From: Hydrolagus colliei
Taxonomy: Eukaryota
Length of the DNA stretch: 64,000 nucleotides
Assembly (NCBI GenBank): GCA_035084275.1
Contig: CM068742.1
Span: 3,162,001-3,226,000 of the forward strand
Reading direction: 5' to 3'
Both the position numbers and the translations under genes were made by a program. The notes beneath the pieces are model-generated. The model made no database searches. It worked only from the letters and a program-made list of their open reading frames with translations, and was not told where the DNA came from. Position 1 is the stretch's first letter; every line of letters starts with the position of its first letter. This document shows, piece after piece, positions 1-13,089 of this stretch.

Positions 1-195
1 CCGACTGCCTCACTGCTCACTCTGAAAAGACCTGCCTCCCCCACCTCCAACAGGTAACCCCCGTCTTCTCTCATCCACATCCTTCCCGATTCTCCCCCTC
101 ACACCCAACAGTCGCTCCTCCCTTCAATTTACATCCATCCCCAACCCCTCGCCCCACTCCCCACCCCCACCTGCCCTCGCCCCGTTTGCATTGAT

Positions 196-1177
196 CTCCA
201 AAATGTCCGCTTGCTCTTAAATGAAGCAGTTACAATCCACAACCGCATCCTCGACAAGCAAATAGACATCGGAAATAGACGCGGAATCCTGGCTCGCAGC
301 ACAGAGGCAGCGCACGTCAAAGTAACAAATGATGTATTATTCTTTCACTGTGACCCATGGCTCCCCTCCGCCTCCTCATTCTCCTAGACTTCTTGTCAAC
401 CTTGCTGCCCTCCTTCTACTTCTTCTCCTCCCTCATCCACCCCAGTGAGGCTACAGTAGCGTGTTTTATATCCTACTTTACAAACTGGGAGCAGTATATC
501 TCGCTTAATTGGTTATCCACCCGCCCCCAATGGGTCAACAGTGGAATATACGTCAAGGCTCCATGCTTAGCCCCCTTCTTTCCTTATTTAGCTGCTCCCT
601 TTATTGTTTATTATATGCATAAGCAGACATGGGGTCAACTTCCACATTTTTGCAGATAACACCCAAATCTTCTTCTCCTCCTGCTGATGTCCTGTCAGTT
701 TGTTTGTAGGGCATCAAGGCCTGCATTGTGTGAAGATTTCTTGCAGCTGAATCACGGCAAGGTGGAAGCCGTGCACTTTTGCTCCTATCAACGTCTTCTC
801 TTATGCGGTTCTGAACTCCTCAACCTCCAGGGGCTCTTCCTCAGACTCACCAAACCTATGCACAATTTAGGCTTCAGGTTTGATACCCCAGCTTTCCTTT
901 CTACCCGCATCCATTCCTTAAGCAAAACATCTCATTCCAATTCTGTCATATTGCCCGCTTCCATCCGTAGCTCACAACGAAAGCTCTCCTCCACGCCTTC
1001 ATCACTTTCTGGCTGGACTATTCTAATGCCCTCCTCGCTGGTCTCCAGCTCGGCTCCCCCACTAACTCTTCCCCCTCTCCCACTCTCCTTCCCCTTCCCC
1101 CTACCCCGACCCTCAGCGCTTTGGGACGTCCTCTCAACGTGAAAGGTGCAAATATAAGTGCAATTTTGTTGTTCTTG
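196..1177 (+). mobile_element. L2 LINE, degenerate, with large internal deletion (endonuclease N-terminus joined to RT and 3' tail)
   Basis: 196-270 reads LQNVRLLLNEAVTIHNRILDKQIDI (L2 ORF2 start-like), followed by VKVTND and FLQLN..K RT motifs. Ends GCGCTTTGGGACGTCCTCTCAACGTGAAAGGTGC..TTTTGTTGTT. Confidence 0.85.
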
Positions 1178-1194
1178 TCTCCCCAGCTTTGCAA

Positions 1195-1640
1195 TGCAAG
1201 AAATCCAATTAATTAAAACTCCACCACTCAGATACTCATAGACACAACACTCTGTATACCCATCATACCAATCCCTGCCAGACTCCAATGCCTCCCAATT
1301 ACAGAATGGGTGAATTTCAAGATCCTCTCACTTGTTTTGAAATCTCTTCATGCCCTCATAACTCATTACCTATCCAATCTGCTTACCCCCCCCCATTCCA
1401 TCACCAGCTGCCTCTACTCAGCTAGCTCCTGTTTTTCCTTCAGCCCCTCCTCCGTTCCACCATCAGCAGCCGTGCCGTCAGCTACCATGCCCCAAAACTT
1501 TGAAATTCTCTCCATTCATCCCTCCATTTTGTCACCTCCCTCCCCACTTTGAATTCCGCCTAAAGTTCTTCGATTATGATCTTGTTTACGGTCTCCTCAA
1601 CCCGGCCCTCTCCATGTGGCTCAGGGTTATTAGACTCTAC
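1195..1640 (+). mobile_element. L2 LINE 3' fragment, old
   Basis: Degenerate C-terminal ORF2 (NFKILSLVLKSLHAL = L2 EFKILxLxFKALHGL). Confidence 0.7.
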
Positions 1641-2784
1641 CATTGTATCAGACGTATTGCTCTGCCAGAATCAATCCCAAAAAACTCATTATTCTCGATC
1701 AGCAAATACAGTAAATTCTCAACTGATTCTCTGAAAATGTTTGCTTGACCTGACCGCACAGAACACTAAGTGAAGACAAAATTCTGAGTTATTAGATATT
1801 CATCTGATGTGCTCCAATACTGCTGCCTCCGCTGTTACTGCTTCTGTTCAGACCCATTCGTCAATCAATTTTGTGCAGGCTAAAGCTGTCACGCAGTTCG
1901 AGCGCAACAAAACGCAAAATAAAACAAACTTGTGCTTCCCAGTGTCATTCAATAAAGTCCTAAACATGCCATCATTGATCTTTCTGTGTTTTTTTCTTCT
2001 TCTCGGAAAATAGAAGTTGAGAGATTTTTATAGCAACAAATTTGGGCCAAATCTCTGAACTTTCCATTGGCTCTGACAAGTTCACAGAATTACGTTGCTC
2101 TTCGGAACAATTGACTGAATTTCTTTCGCGCACATGTACTGAAACATTCGCTGTATTTCAGCGGGAGTGATTGATCACTCAATTTCAGGGCAGCCTTTAA
2201 GTTAACTCTAGAAAATTATGCAAATGTTTTACCCTGTTTATTTTTCAATTAATTCAAGCTTTGCTTTAATGGGCAGTGAAAGCGTCATTTGTTCCAATCA
2301 AACCTATTCCTTTTTCAAGTTTTTTTTTTCTGCTTCATTTTGTAATTGTGTAATTGGTCCACTTTGATTTATTCCATTCTTTCGGATACATGTTGTTAGG
2401 CTTTCTGACGACTTTCTCCGTTCAACAGAAACAATTGAGGGTATCTTGATAGCTATGTTTATCAGCTTGCCTTATTTGGTGGTGCACTTGCCTCAGAATT
2501 AGAAGGCTGTGGGTTCAAGACCCATGTTGAGAGTTGATCTCCTTGACTTGATGGAAGCCGTGGTGCAAGACCGGATACAGCGATAATATCTTTTGTTAGG
2601 GTGAACTCGATCTTTTTTTTGGAGGCCTACATGTTTCATCATTGGATCAGTACCTCACTGGGCATCACCAGTTATCTCCGCGTTGTTAGCTCCAGCCTCG
2701 TGTTCGTCCCTTGTGCCGTTTGTTCCATCATTCGGTTGTTATATGTTTAGCCTCGAAGCCTGAAGAAGTGGTCCACTCTCTATG

Positions 2785-3272
2785 CCACCCACATACTCAC
2801 CCGCACCAAGCCTCGCTCCCCCATTACCCCAGTCCTTGCCAGACTTCACTGGCTCCCTATCCCAGAGAGGATCGACTTCAAGATCCTCACCCTTGTTTTC
2901 AAATCCCTCCACTGCTCTGCACCCCCCTACCTCTCTGATCTCCTCTCCCCCCAACCCAGCACCCGCTGCCTTCGCTCCTCTGGGTCTGGCCTCCTCCATG
3001 TCCCCCCGAATCCTCCGCTCCACCCTCGGCGGCCGTGCCTTCAGCCACTACCCCCCGAGGCTCTGGAATTCCCTTCCTCACTCCCTTCGCCCTCGCCCCC
3101 TCTTTTCCTAGTTTCAGGTCACAGCTGAAGACCTTTCTCTTCGACTGGGCTTTTGGTCACCTTTCTACCCCCTGCCCCTGGCTCGGTCCCGGGATCTGCT
3201 ATTGTGAAGCGCTCTGAGACGCCGTCCGGCGTGGAGGGCGCTATACAAATCAAAGTTGTTGTTGTTGTTGCT
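2785..3272 (+). mobile_element. L2 LINE 3' end, subfamily B tail
   Basis: LHWLP..RIDFKIL..FKSLH..LWNSLP..LKTFLF motifs. Tail GCGCTCTGAGACGCCGTCCGGCGTGGAGGGCGCTATACAAATCAAA(GTT)n. Confidence 0.92.
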
Positions 3273-4693
3273 GTAGCTGATTTACAGTTCATCCTTGTTG
3301 CCGTAAACATCCTCCATTCTATTATAAAAGGGAGCATTATCATCGTTTCATGAGTGAGATTCCAACAGCATCTCAACACTGCAAAGGTCATTTCCTTTGA
3401 ATATTGGGCAGAATGTCAAATCATGAATGAAACCATGCACATTCCGTTCACTGCAATCAACAGCAAAAGGTTAGTGTTGCCAGTAAAAAAAACCTCAAGT
3501 TTGGAAAGCCAGCATAGTTACTGGAAACCTCCATCTCAATTCCTGCACTGCAGCTCTGACTGGCACAAATACAGCAACACCCGCAATTTGTTAATTCTAG
3601 TTCAGTTTAAACATGTAGTTTAAATTGTCACACTTTTAGTTCAGTTACATATCGAGCAATATTTGACGAATAAGATAAGAAACATCTTATAAGGCAGATG
3701 TTGTTCAAATGTTACATAACTAATAGTGTGTTGATTCTGAGAGTGGAAAGTTTGCAGACATTTTCTGCGTTAAACACACATATTACACTCACATACCTGA
3801 GTTTAATCATGAGTGAAAAATACACTATTCAGAACATTCTCTTATTGCCCATGAGTAGATATTAAGTAAGCAGAAGCATACTTGTCTATCAGGTTCAATA
3901 TTCATCAATGAAAATCAACCTGCAGCAGTTGATAGAAGATTATACTACACTTCTGTATTTTTAAGCAAACATCTTTTTTAATAAATTCAACAATGTCATC
4001 ATTGGTTTCCCACAGAAAGGATCAAATAGTCATTCATCTCAGTGCTGCTTTGTGAGATTTTATGGGGGCAGATTAGCTACGTTTGCTACATTACAGTGAC
4101 TAAAATTCATGCTGGTATAAATTGGTAGTGCCAATTCTGAGTCAAAAGGATGTTGGTTCAAGCCTCAGTTTTGCTTAGAAATACAAGGGGAAACTATTGA
4201 TAATTTGTACCTCTGTAACCATTGCTGCTGTGAAATGTGAGTCACAGTATTTATTTGACTGTTTCACAATTATCTAAAGTCCTTCTAGTCATCCAATGTC
4301 CTTCATGTTTGAACTGTTTAAAAAGCAGAGGTGTAACCAGACGGCCTTTTATGCAGAGGATAGACAAGGAAACAGTTTCTGGGTGTGATAACCAGATGAT
4401 CTTGTGGTTATAGATAGGTCAGGAACGTTATAAGTGAATCCGTATACATTAATGTGACGCAGAAAGGTGTAGCTTTATTGAATCATGTTTGGTGTGGACA
4501 GTTGCCCACAAATACTCAGTGCCAACTTCACACATATCAATGCATGAAGTCTCTAAACCCCCTGGGAGGCTTGTTTGTTTATGTATGAATATATGAAGAG
4601 GAGCAATGAAAAGTCTGAACAGACCCGGGAAAGAAGAATTAACTCCCGCAACTAGTCTCCGGATCGGTAATCATGTATTTCTATACAATTAAT

Positions 4694-5545
4694 ACAACAA
4701 CAGCAAAATTACATTTGTATACTGCTTTTCATGTCAGGAGAACTTCCCAAGGTACTAGATAATTAGTGTTTCATACCTGAGCTAGGGGTCGGACTCAGGA
4801 AGGGTGGACGGCAGGCGGGATAAAGAGGTCAACCAAAGGCATGGTCGCAGCGGAGGGTCTTGAGATGGGCCTTGAAGGAGGCAAGGAAAGAGTCGATGTG
4901 GAGAGAATGAGGGATGGAGTTCCAGAGGGCGGTGGCAGAGTGCCTGAAGGCGCACTGCCAATGGTGGGATGGGCGAGGTGTGGGACATGAAGTAGGCTGG
5001 AGCCCGCTGAATGGAGTGGGCAATCTGGTTTGTAGGAGGTTAGCAGGTTGCAGAGGTAGGTGAGAGGAGATGCAGTGGAGGAAGATGGAGTGATCAACAG
5101 TATGGAAGGCAGCAGAGGGTTCAAGGAGGATGAGGAGGCAGAAAGACTCCTGGTCACAGATAGACAAAATGTCATTTGCCTCTTTGACCAAAGCTATTCC
5201 TCTACTGTGGGCAGCATGGAAACCCAATTGGAAGGGTTTGTGAAGGGTGTGGTGGGAGAGGAAGGATCAAGGCTGTGAAACAACATATTGTTCCAGGACC
5301 TTAGAAAGGAGAGGTTGGAGATGAGCAATTATTTGAAAGCAGGGAGGGGTCCAGGCAGAGTTTTTTTTTAACGATAGGCATGATGAGGGCCTTTGTGAGG
5401 ATGCCTAGCATCACCTCGTAATTGGCGTTGGAGGAGCAGATGGGCAAGGTGTGTTTGGGGGGCAGAGGATTCAGTTGGTGATGGTGAAAATGAAACTTGG
5501 GGTGGTCTTTGGTCTCCAAGAATTAAAAGGATGATTTAGCGGAGG
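4694..5545 (-). mobile_element. L2 LINE fragment with internal deletion
   Basis: ORF track pieces (ALVKEANDIL, AAFHTVDH, LWNSIP, FKAHLKT) and (AAC)n tail at about 4694. Confidence 0.85.
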
Positions 5546-6144
5546 CGAGTGAGGCATGGTACGTTTTGATAAGGCCCAGCCAATTCTGCCGATGGACCGT
5601 TGAATTATATTTGAGTCACGTGTGTTCAGTGACACGTACGTTATACTGCCATAATCTCTTGCAAAGGCATTGGTGTCCAAATCCACTGCTAATTCATGTC
5701 AACAGAAGGGAGTTTCTTACAGTTTCTGAGCTAACAATCTCTTAGATTAATTATTTGTTTGATTTCAGCGCCTTGGGACGTCCTCCTGACGTGAATGATG
5801 GCTTACAAATACATTGTTGTTGTTCATGGCTGTTTGCAATAATATATGGCTGTTGTTTTTGCCCACAAAAACAAGTCAATATACTGGACAGTGAATCATT
5901 TGAAGTGCTGTGAGACATACTTCCAATTTGAAAGGTGCTGTGCCAAATGTAAGAACTATTTTTAGGATCATAGGAATACTGTATTATAATATTATTATTA
6001 AAATTGCTAATTTGATAGATGCTGAAAGTATTTTCTGCAGCAAATGCCATGAATGTTCTTAGGGAGGCATGAAGACCGATTGTGTCAGCAAATACAAACC
6101 AGATTGTGTTAACTATTTGCTGAAGAATTCAATTGATAGATAGA

Positions 6145-6590
6145 TAATAATGATCCTTACATTTGGTATAGTGCCGTTCACATCCAGAAAATCTCTCAAA
6201 ACTCTTCACAGGACATAGAATCATAGAATCATAGAATCATAGAATTTTACGGCACAAAAGGAGGCCATTCGGCCCATCTAGTCTGTGCCGGCTCTTTGAA
6301 AAGAGCGATTCAATCCCATTGCCCTGCCCGCTCCCCATAGCCTAATAGACCCGTTCTTCCTAAATAAAGATCTAATTCCCTTTTAAAAGTTGTTATCGAA
6401 TCAGCCTCCACCACCTTTTCAGGCAATGCATTCCAGATTCGAACAACTCGCTGAGTGAAAAAATTTCTCCTCAGCTCCCCTCTACTGCGCCTTGAAACTA
6501 TTTTAAATCTGTGACCACGAGTCACAGATTCACCCACGAGTGGAAATAGTTTTTCTCTATTTTTCTCTACATACTGTAAAGTGTAGTGTG
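6145..6590 (-). mobile_element. SINE 3' tail interrupted by the CR1 copy at 6214-6561
   Basis: ATAATGATCCTTACATTTG..TTCACAGGA on the left resumes as CATACTGTAAAGTG on the right. ACATA occurs on both sides of the CR1 (possible 5-bp TSD). Confidence 0.65.
6214..6561 (-). mobile_element. CR1 LINE 3' end, young, 5'-truncated
   Basis: NREKLFPLVGESVTRGHRFK..FFTQRVVRIWNALP..FKRELD; (ATTCTATG)n tail; nearly identical to 30000-30323. Confidence 0.95.
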
Positions 6591-6803
6591 TTCTTTGTAT
6601 GTAAACATATAATGATCCTCCCATGGTAACATAGTGCCTTTTATGTTGGGAGGGTGTCTCAAAGCGCTTCACAGCATATATTCTTAAGCGCAGTGTCTTG
6701 CATTTAGTAAGCAATTAATTTGTGTAACAGCAAAGTTCCCAAACACTCATAAAATTACTGACCAAATTGCATGACAGAATGTGACCATTGATCTCATTGT
6801 ATT

Positions 6804-7010
6804 NNNNNNNNNNNNNNNNNNNNNNNNNNNNNNNNNNNNNNNNNNNNNNNNNNNNNNNNNNNNNNNNNNNNNNNNNNNNNNNNNNNNNNNNNNNNNNNNN
6901 NNNNNNNNNNNNNNNNNNNNNNNNNNNNNNNNNNNNNNNNNNNNNNNNNNNNNNNNNNNNNNNNNNNNNNNNNNNNNNNNNNNNNNNNNNNNNNNNNNNN
7001 NNNNNNNNNN
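6804..7010. other. Assembly gap (207 N)
   Basis: Run of N flanked by SINE pieces. Confidence 1.
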
Positions 7011-7399
7011 ACAATAATAATCCTTGCATTTGATGTAGCGCTTTTCACATCTTATCAACGTCCCAAAGCGTTTGATATATACTGTACCCGGCCCGATATA
7101 CCGTACCAATATACGGTCCCCGCTCCCCACCACACAATTAGAGCTTCTATCAACAGCACCACCACTCTCATCCCATCCCCCTATCCTATGTCCATATTAT
7201 TTTCAGATTATTTCACCTCAATCATTTATCCCAAACCATGTTGCATATTTTTAATCTTGATTTGGCTTCGATAACCATTCCACATTCCAAACAATCCTTT
7301 TTTTTTTCTCATCTGGTGACAATCCCGAACTTGTGCCTATTTATTAAGTGATGATTGCACTCACCTTGTTCAAATCCTGCAGAACCGACCACAACTGCC

Positions 7400-8055
7400 C
7401 TGCGTCCTTCACATCTGAGGCCTGGCCAGGAATGCCTTCTTCCACCTCCACCACATGAACTCCCTTGTCCTAAATGCAGTCGAAAACTTCAAGCGCCCGT
7501 TTGTCATCTCCTACTCGGATAATAGAAATGCACTGTTCGCTGGACTCCCCAGCTGCAAAATTCAAAATATCCAGCTCGTTCCGAATTCTGCTGCCCACAA
7601 CTTGACCCGGACCACACTCTGTACCCACATCTCACCACTTCGGGGCAGGCTCTACCGGCTCCCTATCACCAAACTCATGTTCTAATGCCTTCACTCCCCT
7701 GGCACCTTCCTCGGTCTTCAACCTCCTCACTCCCCAATCCACCACCCGGTGCCCCCGCTCAACTGGCACCAGCCTCCTACTTGTCCCTCGCACCCTCCAC
7801 TCCACCACTGGAGGATGTGCTTTCAGCTATTACGCTCCAAAACTCTGAAATACTCTCTTTCACTCAATCCATCTTCCATCACCCCCCCCTCCCCCCACCC
7901 CTCCCCTTTTTTTCCAAGTTCTGCCTGAAAACTTTCCATTTCAACCTTGCTTTTGGTCACCTACCCCTTTGACTCAGAGTCAGGCACTGCCACTTTTAAC
8001 CGCTCTGATACGCTACCCTACATTCAGGGTGCTATATAAGTGCCTATTGTTGTAT
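7400..8055 (+). mobile_element. L2 LINE 3' fragment, old
   Basis: NALFAGLPS..IQLVPNSAA..HISP motifs and LKTFHF; degenerate tail. Confidence 0.75.
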
Positions 8056-8151
8056 CTCATTAATAGAAATAGTCTCTTTCTGTTAGGTGTAAAAACATTC
8101 AATCTTTACTTCTTGTTTTACAAACTGACTAAACGTTTAGCCTCTCCACAA

Positions 8152-8430
8152 GCAACAACAACTTTCACGTCGGGGGGACATCCCAAGGTGCTGGTGCTTG
8201 AGGAGGGTGGAGGGCAAGGTTGAAAGAAGGATGTTTGAAAGCAAGGTTGAAGAGGAGGATCTTTAGATGGGTCTTGAAAGAGGCAAGGGAGGGGGCGAGG
8301 TGTAGGGACCGTGGGATGGAGTTCCAGAGGGTGTGGGCAGTGTCAGAAGTCCAGCCTGCCAATGATGGGATGGGCGACACAGGGGGCACGAAGCAGGCTG
8401 GAGCCCACTGAGCGAATAGAGTGGGCAAGA
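8152..8430 (-). mobile_element. L2 LINE 3' end, subfamily A tail
   Basis: LWNSIPRSLHLAPSLASFKTHLK; tail TTGGGATGTCCCCCGACGTGAAAG(TTG)n. Confidence 0.85.
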
Positions 8431-8765
8431 TCATAAAAGAAGAACCAATAAGAAATCCCAAGAAAACTTTAGATGAGTAAATGGTCCGTTTAATCTTGTC
8501 CTTCCAGAACCCAAACATTTGCACGTACTTTGAGCTGGTTCTGAAAGAGATGACATCAATGTGTGTGTCAGGGATGAAGGACGTGGATCTCAAAACTGAT
8601 ACATTTTTCTATTCTGTAGGTGTTGGAAACATTGCACCAGTTGCGTGTTCACAAAGTCTCTGAGGAGGGGATCAAGGACATCTGTATTCAATAGTAGACT
8701 TGCTCTTTGTTTCCTGTGAGACCAAGATGAATAAATGAACGTGGTTCATTATCCAAACTTATATA

Positions 8766-10141
8766 CAGGAAACTTCACTCTAACAAGGGTTTGTATTTGT
8801 ACCTCCTATGCGCTTGGCGAAGGCAGCGTTTGCTACAGCGAAAGTTTAAATCTTGTGCGCTTCTCATCTCCCAGCCGCCCCAGCAGCACACGCTCAGTCT
8901 CAGTCGAACAAGCTACACATACTTACTTCACCATGCCACCTAAACGCCCGTTAGCAACATCGCCAACCCCGTTGAAGAAAAGGAAGTCCATCACGTTGGA
9001 AATGAAGATGGATGGAAGACCAGAACGAACGCCATTGCCCCCTCTCCGCTAATATAATCCAAGAGAAGGCCCGGACAGTTATGGGAGGAGTTTAAGCGGC
9101 AGGATGCTAGGCAACCACATGACGCTACTCGGAAAAAGCCGGCGGAGACTTTTGCTGCCAGCAACGGGCGGCTTGATAGTTTTCGAAAGCGATACAAGCT
9201 GCATTCTCTCAAGACGTGCGGGGAAGCTGCTAGTGCGGATGTTGCCGCTGCCGAACATTATCCAGATGAATTTAGAAAAATCATTAAGGAGGGAGGTTAT
9301 GCACCACAAAAAAATTTCAACTTCGGTGAAACTGGGCTGAATTGGAAGAAGTTACCTGAGAAGACCTACATCTCCATAAATGAGAAATCGGCCCCTGGAA
9401 AGCTTACAACTGAAGAAATTCAGGATTTAACGAAGGAACAGACAGATTTATAATGATTTATGTGAGGAGCCTAAGATTCTCAGTTTGAACGTTTTGAAAG
9501 CTTTTCTTTCGAAAATAGACAAAGCAGTTAATATTTGCAAAGACAACAATCCTGAAATGGATCGTAGCATTAAGGTTGCCCGTGGGATCGAGCATACTAT
9601 TCATTGCTACCAAGAATTGTTTGAAGAAAAGAAGAAAAACTGTTGACAGTCTTCTATCGACAGTTTCTTTAAGCCGACATCGTCCAAAGAACCAGCACCA
9701 AGTATGACCGCTGATGGTACAGAACCTAAAGCTTTCTCACCAGATTCTCCTGATTCTCCAGCCTCCCCCTCCAGCACAGTTAAAACAAAGACCTCCTCCC
9801 CACTCCTCACCTCATCTTATTACAGGAAGTACGGGAATTTTCGTTTTGTTACCGAATTGTGTTAAAAATTTACAAAATAAAATACTGGTCAGGCAAATAA
9901 AACAAACATTTTCCTCTTGTATTCTTTCATCTTTTCATCTTATAATTAAAGTGTTGCAGCCTTCAATAGCAGTTCTACCTGCCTTATGCCTTCGCTGGTA
10001 CACTGCAAATGTTAGCACTAGGCACTGCTGGGAACAAAACTGATTTTGTTCACATACGGAAACACCCACCTGCTTAACGAAATTCTCGCTTTACGAGGAG
10101 TTTTGAAGTCCCTAACCCCTTCGTTAAGCGGGGTCCACCCG
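8766..10141 (+). mobile_element. Tigger/pogo-family DNA transposon, internally deleted, non-autonomous
   Basis: TA on both sides and imperfect TIRs. ATG at 8933 gives MPPKRP..KKRKSITLEMKMD; later FAASNGRLDSFRKRYKL, GEAASAD, IIKEGGY, FNFGETGLNWKKLPEKTYI, and C-terminal YQELFEEKKK..SIDSFFKP. Confidence 0.9.
8933..9680 (+). pseudogene. Tigger transposase remnant (partial CENP-B-type DNA-binding region and start of DDE domain; catalytic core deleted)
   Basis: Deletions and stops; first catalytic motif DETG reads GETG; sequence jumps from EKSAPG (about 9398) to the C-terminal region. Confidence 0.85.
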
Positions 10142-10254
10142 TATTCAAATATGTAGCATTTTACTTTTTGAAAATGGTGAATCTGTAACTGTCGGTAGAT
10201 TTACTTTCAGGGGCATGAAGCAAGCAGGTCGTCTACAAAGAGCAACAGTCAGAC

Positions 10255-10390
10255 TGATATCAGTGAGCATTTATTTACATGGAGGCTAGTCAACAACTGG
10301 AACTGTTTATCAGGAAGGGTTAACTTGAAGCTACATCACTCAGCACTCAGCTCATTTCAAAAAACACAGCTTGACGCTGCAATGGTTGGA
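10255..10390 (+). mobile_element. Ancient CR1-like ORF2 C-terminal fragment
   Basis: WNCL.. followed by FKK..LDAAM-like ending; a similar piece lies on the minus strand at about 21085-21160 (FKKQLDAGM). Confidence 0.5.
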
Positions 10391-11984
10391 CCTTAGGATG
10401 CGTAATCCAAAAACAAATCCACAGCCTAGTAGATTTCAACCCATTAGTGCCAAATTATCTGATATTAGTGTCAGTGATTCTGATGAGATGAGGTAAAATA
10501 TCCACAGGGCCTTCTTCATTCGTCCAAAAGTATGATGTGATTGTGTGATGAGAATAACCCAGGAGCACATAAAACAGATGAAACTGCTAAGTCATTATCA
10601 AGTCCATCATCTCCATATAGCAATTGTTGTATAAGCGAATATCAACTCAGAAAAAATAACAATTTCCATTTTAACTCCCCACTGTTCCGATGTACCCAGA
10701 GCAGACTAAATATATGCAGTTTCACTAAAATAAGGGAAGTACAGAAATTACTATGGAAACCGTGCTGATCATTCTTGGGCAACAGACGTTTTCTGCAGAG
10801 TATGTGGGAGGAAACCAGAAAATGTAACTCAACACACAACTGTGGCAAGAAGTCAAAAGGTACTAAGTGGTAGAATGAAAGAAAACTAAAACTAAATTGG
10901 GAAGCAAAGTCATAAAGGGAGATGTTTCCATTTTGTTTTCCAGTTATTAATTTGTTTTTGCTGCTACAAAGCAAACAGAACAATTGAGAAAACAGAAAGC
11001 GGAGAAAATAATACAGTACAATGAAATAAGAAGAAATTAACTCTGTACTTTAATGACCTCAACACAGCAAAAGTATTGTATCCTATTTAAATGTGACAAA
11101 CCAAAATTGCAAATCTGTGTGTCTCACTATTTTAATCATTTTCTCCTTGGTTACATTGGCAATAAAATTTAAATACAATTACCCACACACCCCGGTAGCT
11201 TTCCACCAATTTAACACATCTGTTGACTATTTATTGCTTGACTTTATATTACATCATCAGCACATTCGCAATCCATTTTCTTTGCTCGTAAATTAGAAAA
11301 TAGAAAAACAGTCAGACAGTGATGGAATCATACTGGCTGCTGTACATGCCCAACAACGCACCTTATGTTTCCACTGAACTCACTAAATTGAGGCTACATG
11401 CAAGTCAGCATGCATGCTTGCTCGGAGTGAACAGTATTTAAACTACATTGTCAGTGAGTTTTTGAGTACAAGCTCAACTTTATGCCAGTTAACTGAATCA
11501 ATCTGCGAGTGCAGGAAGTTTCTGTTCTGTAAAGAGTGTCGTGGAACAACTCACAAAGAAATCGAGTTATTCACGTAAAGCACAAACAGTCATTTATTAT
11601 ACTAACAGCCAAAAGGAGAAGTACCCACACAGGTCAGTCACCCGAGGTGGTACTTCTAAGGAACTGATAGAAATACAACAGTTTATATCTTATTCTTTTG
11701 CGCACCGCGTGACGGTCACACGATTTCCTTTAATTAACCAATTACGGCAATTCGTTTAACCAATAAACGTTTGAACGTGGGAAGAGAATTGAACTCTGTT
11801 TACAATAGCCACGGCAACATCAGTTAAAACAGAACCGGACAACCACAAGTTGCTAGCTGACAGATTGCAATCTTCAAAGAAAGAAAGAAGTAAATCGTCC
11901 TAATGGTCAGTCATGTACTGAAGCAATTGATAAGAAACAGCTAACATGGTGTCCACAAGAGCTGAGTTCCAATATTTGTTTCTG

Positions 11985-12260
11985 TCATGTCCCCAGCCCT
12001 GCCTACTCACCACTCACCATGTTAAGCTTTTCTGCCCCCACCCTCTGGAAAAATCCACCTCGGATCCTCGCCACTTCGCCTCCTCTCTTGCCTCCTTCAA
12101 AAGTCCATCTCAAGACCTTTGTCTTTGGCTGTGCCTTTGGTGATCCTACCACCTTCACCACCCTCGACGTCCAGCTTGGGTGCAAACCTTTCACTGGTCC
12201 AATGCCTTGGGATGTCCTCTCAATTTAAAGCAGCTGTACAAATGAAATTTGTTGTTGTTT
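11985..12260 (+). mobile_element. L2 LINE 3' end
   Basis: FSAPTLW..LKTFVF; tail GCCTTGGGATGTCCTC..(TTG)n. Confidence 0.85.
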
Positions 12261-12289
12261 TAGTGAATAGAGCTGCAAACTGTGGACGA

Positions 12290-12560
12290 GAACCTCGCTA
12301 ACCGGGACTGAGGTTAATTGGCTTTGGCCATCCTAGTGTAAGGAAGGGTAAAATCAAACAGATTCCTGCTTCTCAGCCCACTTCAGCAACCTCTGGTGGT
12401 TGGATTACAGTGGAGTGTGCTCTAGCTCAAATGTGGCGCCCTCTAAAGTCAAGGGGCTTGTGAGGACTAACCGCCAAGACTCATACATAAACAGTTGCCA
12501 CTTGGGTGGGATAGAGTATGTACCCAAACCACAGCAAGTGGAGCTCTGGAGCGGGAGCAG
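12290..12560 (+). mobile_element. Possible ancient SINE-like repeat fragment
   Basis: Resembles from memory an old chondrichthyan interspersed repeat (..GATTCCTGCT..GCCACTTGGG..); single copy here, weak support. Confidence 0.3.
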
Positions 12561-13089
12561 TAAATGAGTAAATGAGAAGTAAATGAGAAAATAATTAGAA
12601 ATAGAATTTTTCTTTTAAAAAAAAGAACTGCATAATGATTAAATATCTAAAGCATTGACAAATGCATTATCTTTATAAAAACAATTTCCAACGTGCTGAA
12701 TACTGCATTCTTCAACACGTGCAATGTTTTAGAAATGTGATAATAATCACATTTCTAATTAAGAATTCTCTTAAGATATCCTGCAAATTAAACTCCCAAT
12801 ACTGGCTGCCATTTACAATAATACTATAATCCTTGCATTTCATAAAACAAGACATCTTTCACAGGTAGTAGTTGGTGTCAAATATCACAGCTGTGTTTGT
12901 GCTGGCAAATACAGCAGCCAACTCAACACAATATTATCTCAAAAACAACCGTGTCGTGAGTTTTATTCACGGAATTGTTGGCCAGGATATATATTCTGAT
13001 CCCTATCTTGAAATTGCACTTACCGGAGTAATATTCCTTGTATTTGATTTAATGCTTTACCACACTGTTGAGATGTCTCAAAACATTTA

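Noticed and set aside
6715-7133. ORFs containing X runs (also near 26.5 kb and 33.6 kb)
   Set aside because: Artifacts of translating through N gaps.
8620-8735. Terminal exon (acceptor TTTTTCTATTCTGTAG, VLETLHQLRVHKVSEEGIKDICIQ-stop, AATAAA)
   Set aside because: Peptide not recognised and no partner exons found; compatible with chance.
12383-12400. CTCF-like motif (CCACCAGAGGTTGCTG on the minus strand)
   Set aside because: Mismatches at core positions and located in a probable old repeat; cannot be supported without ChIP data.
12729-12758. 13-bp perfect hairpin TTAGAAATGTGAT-AATA-ATCACATTTCTAA
   Set aside because: Real but short and AT-rich, with no supporting context for function.
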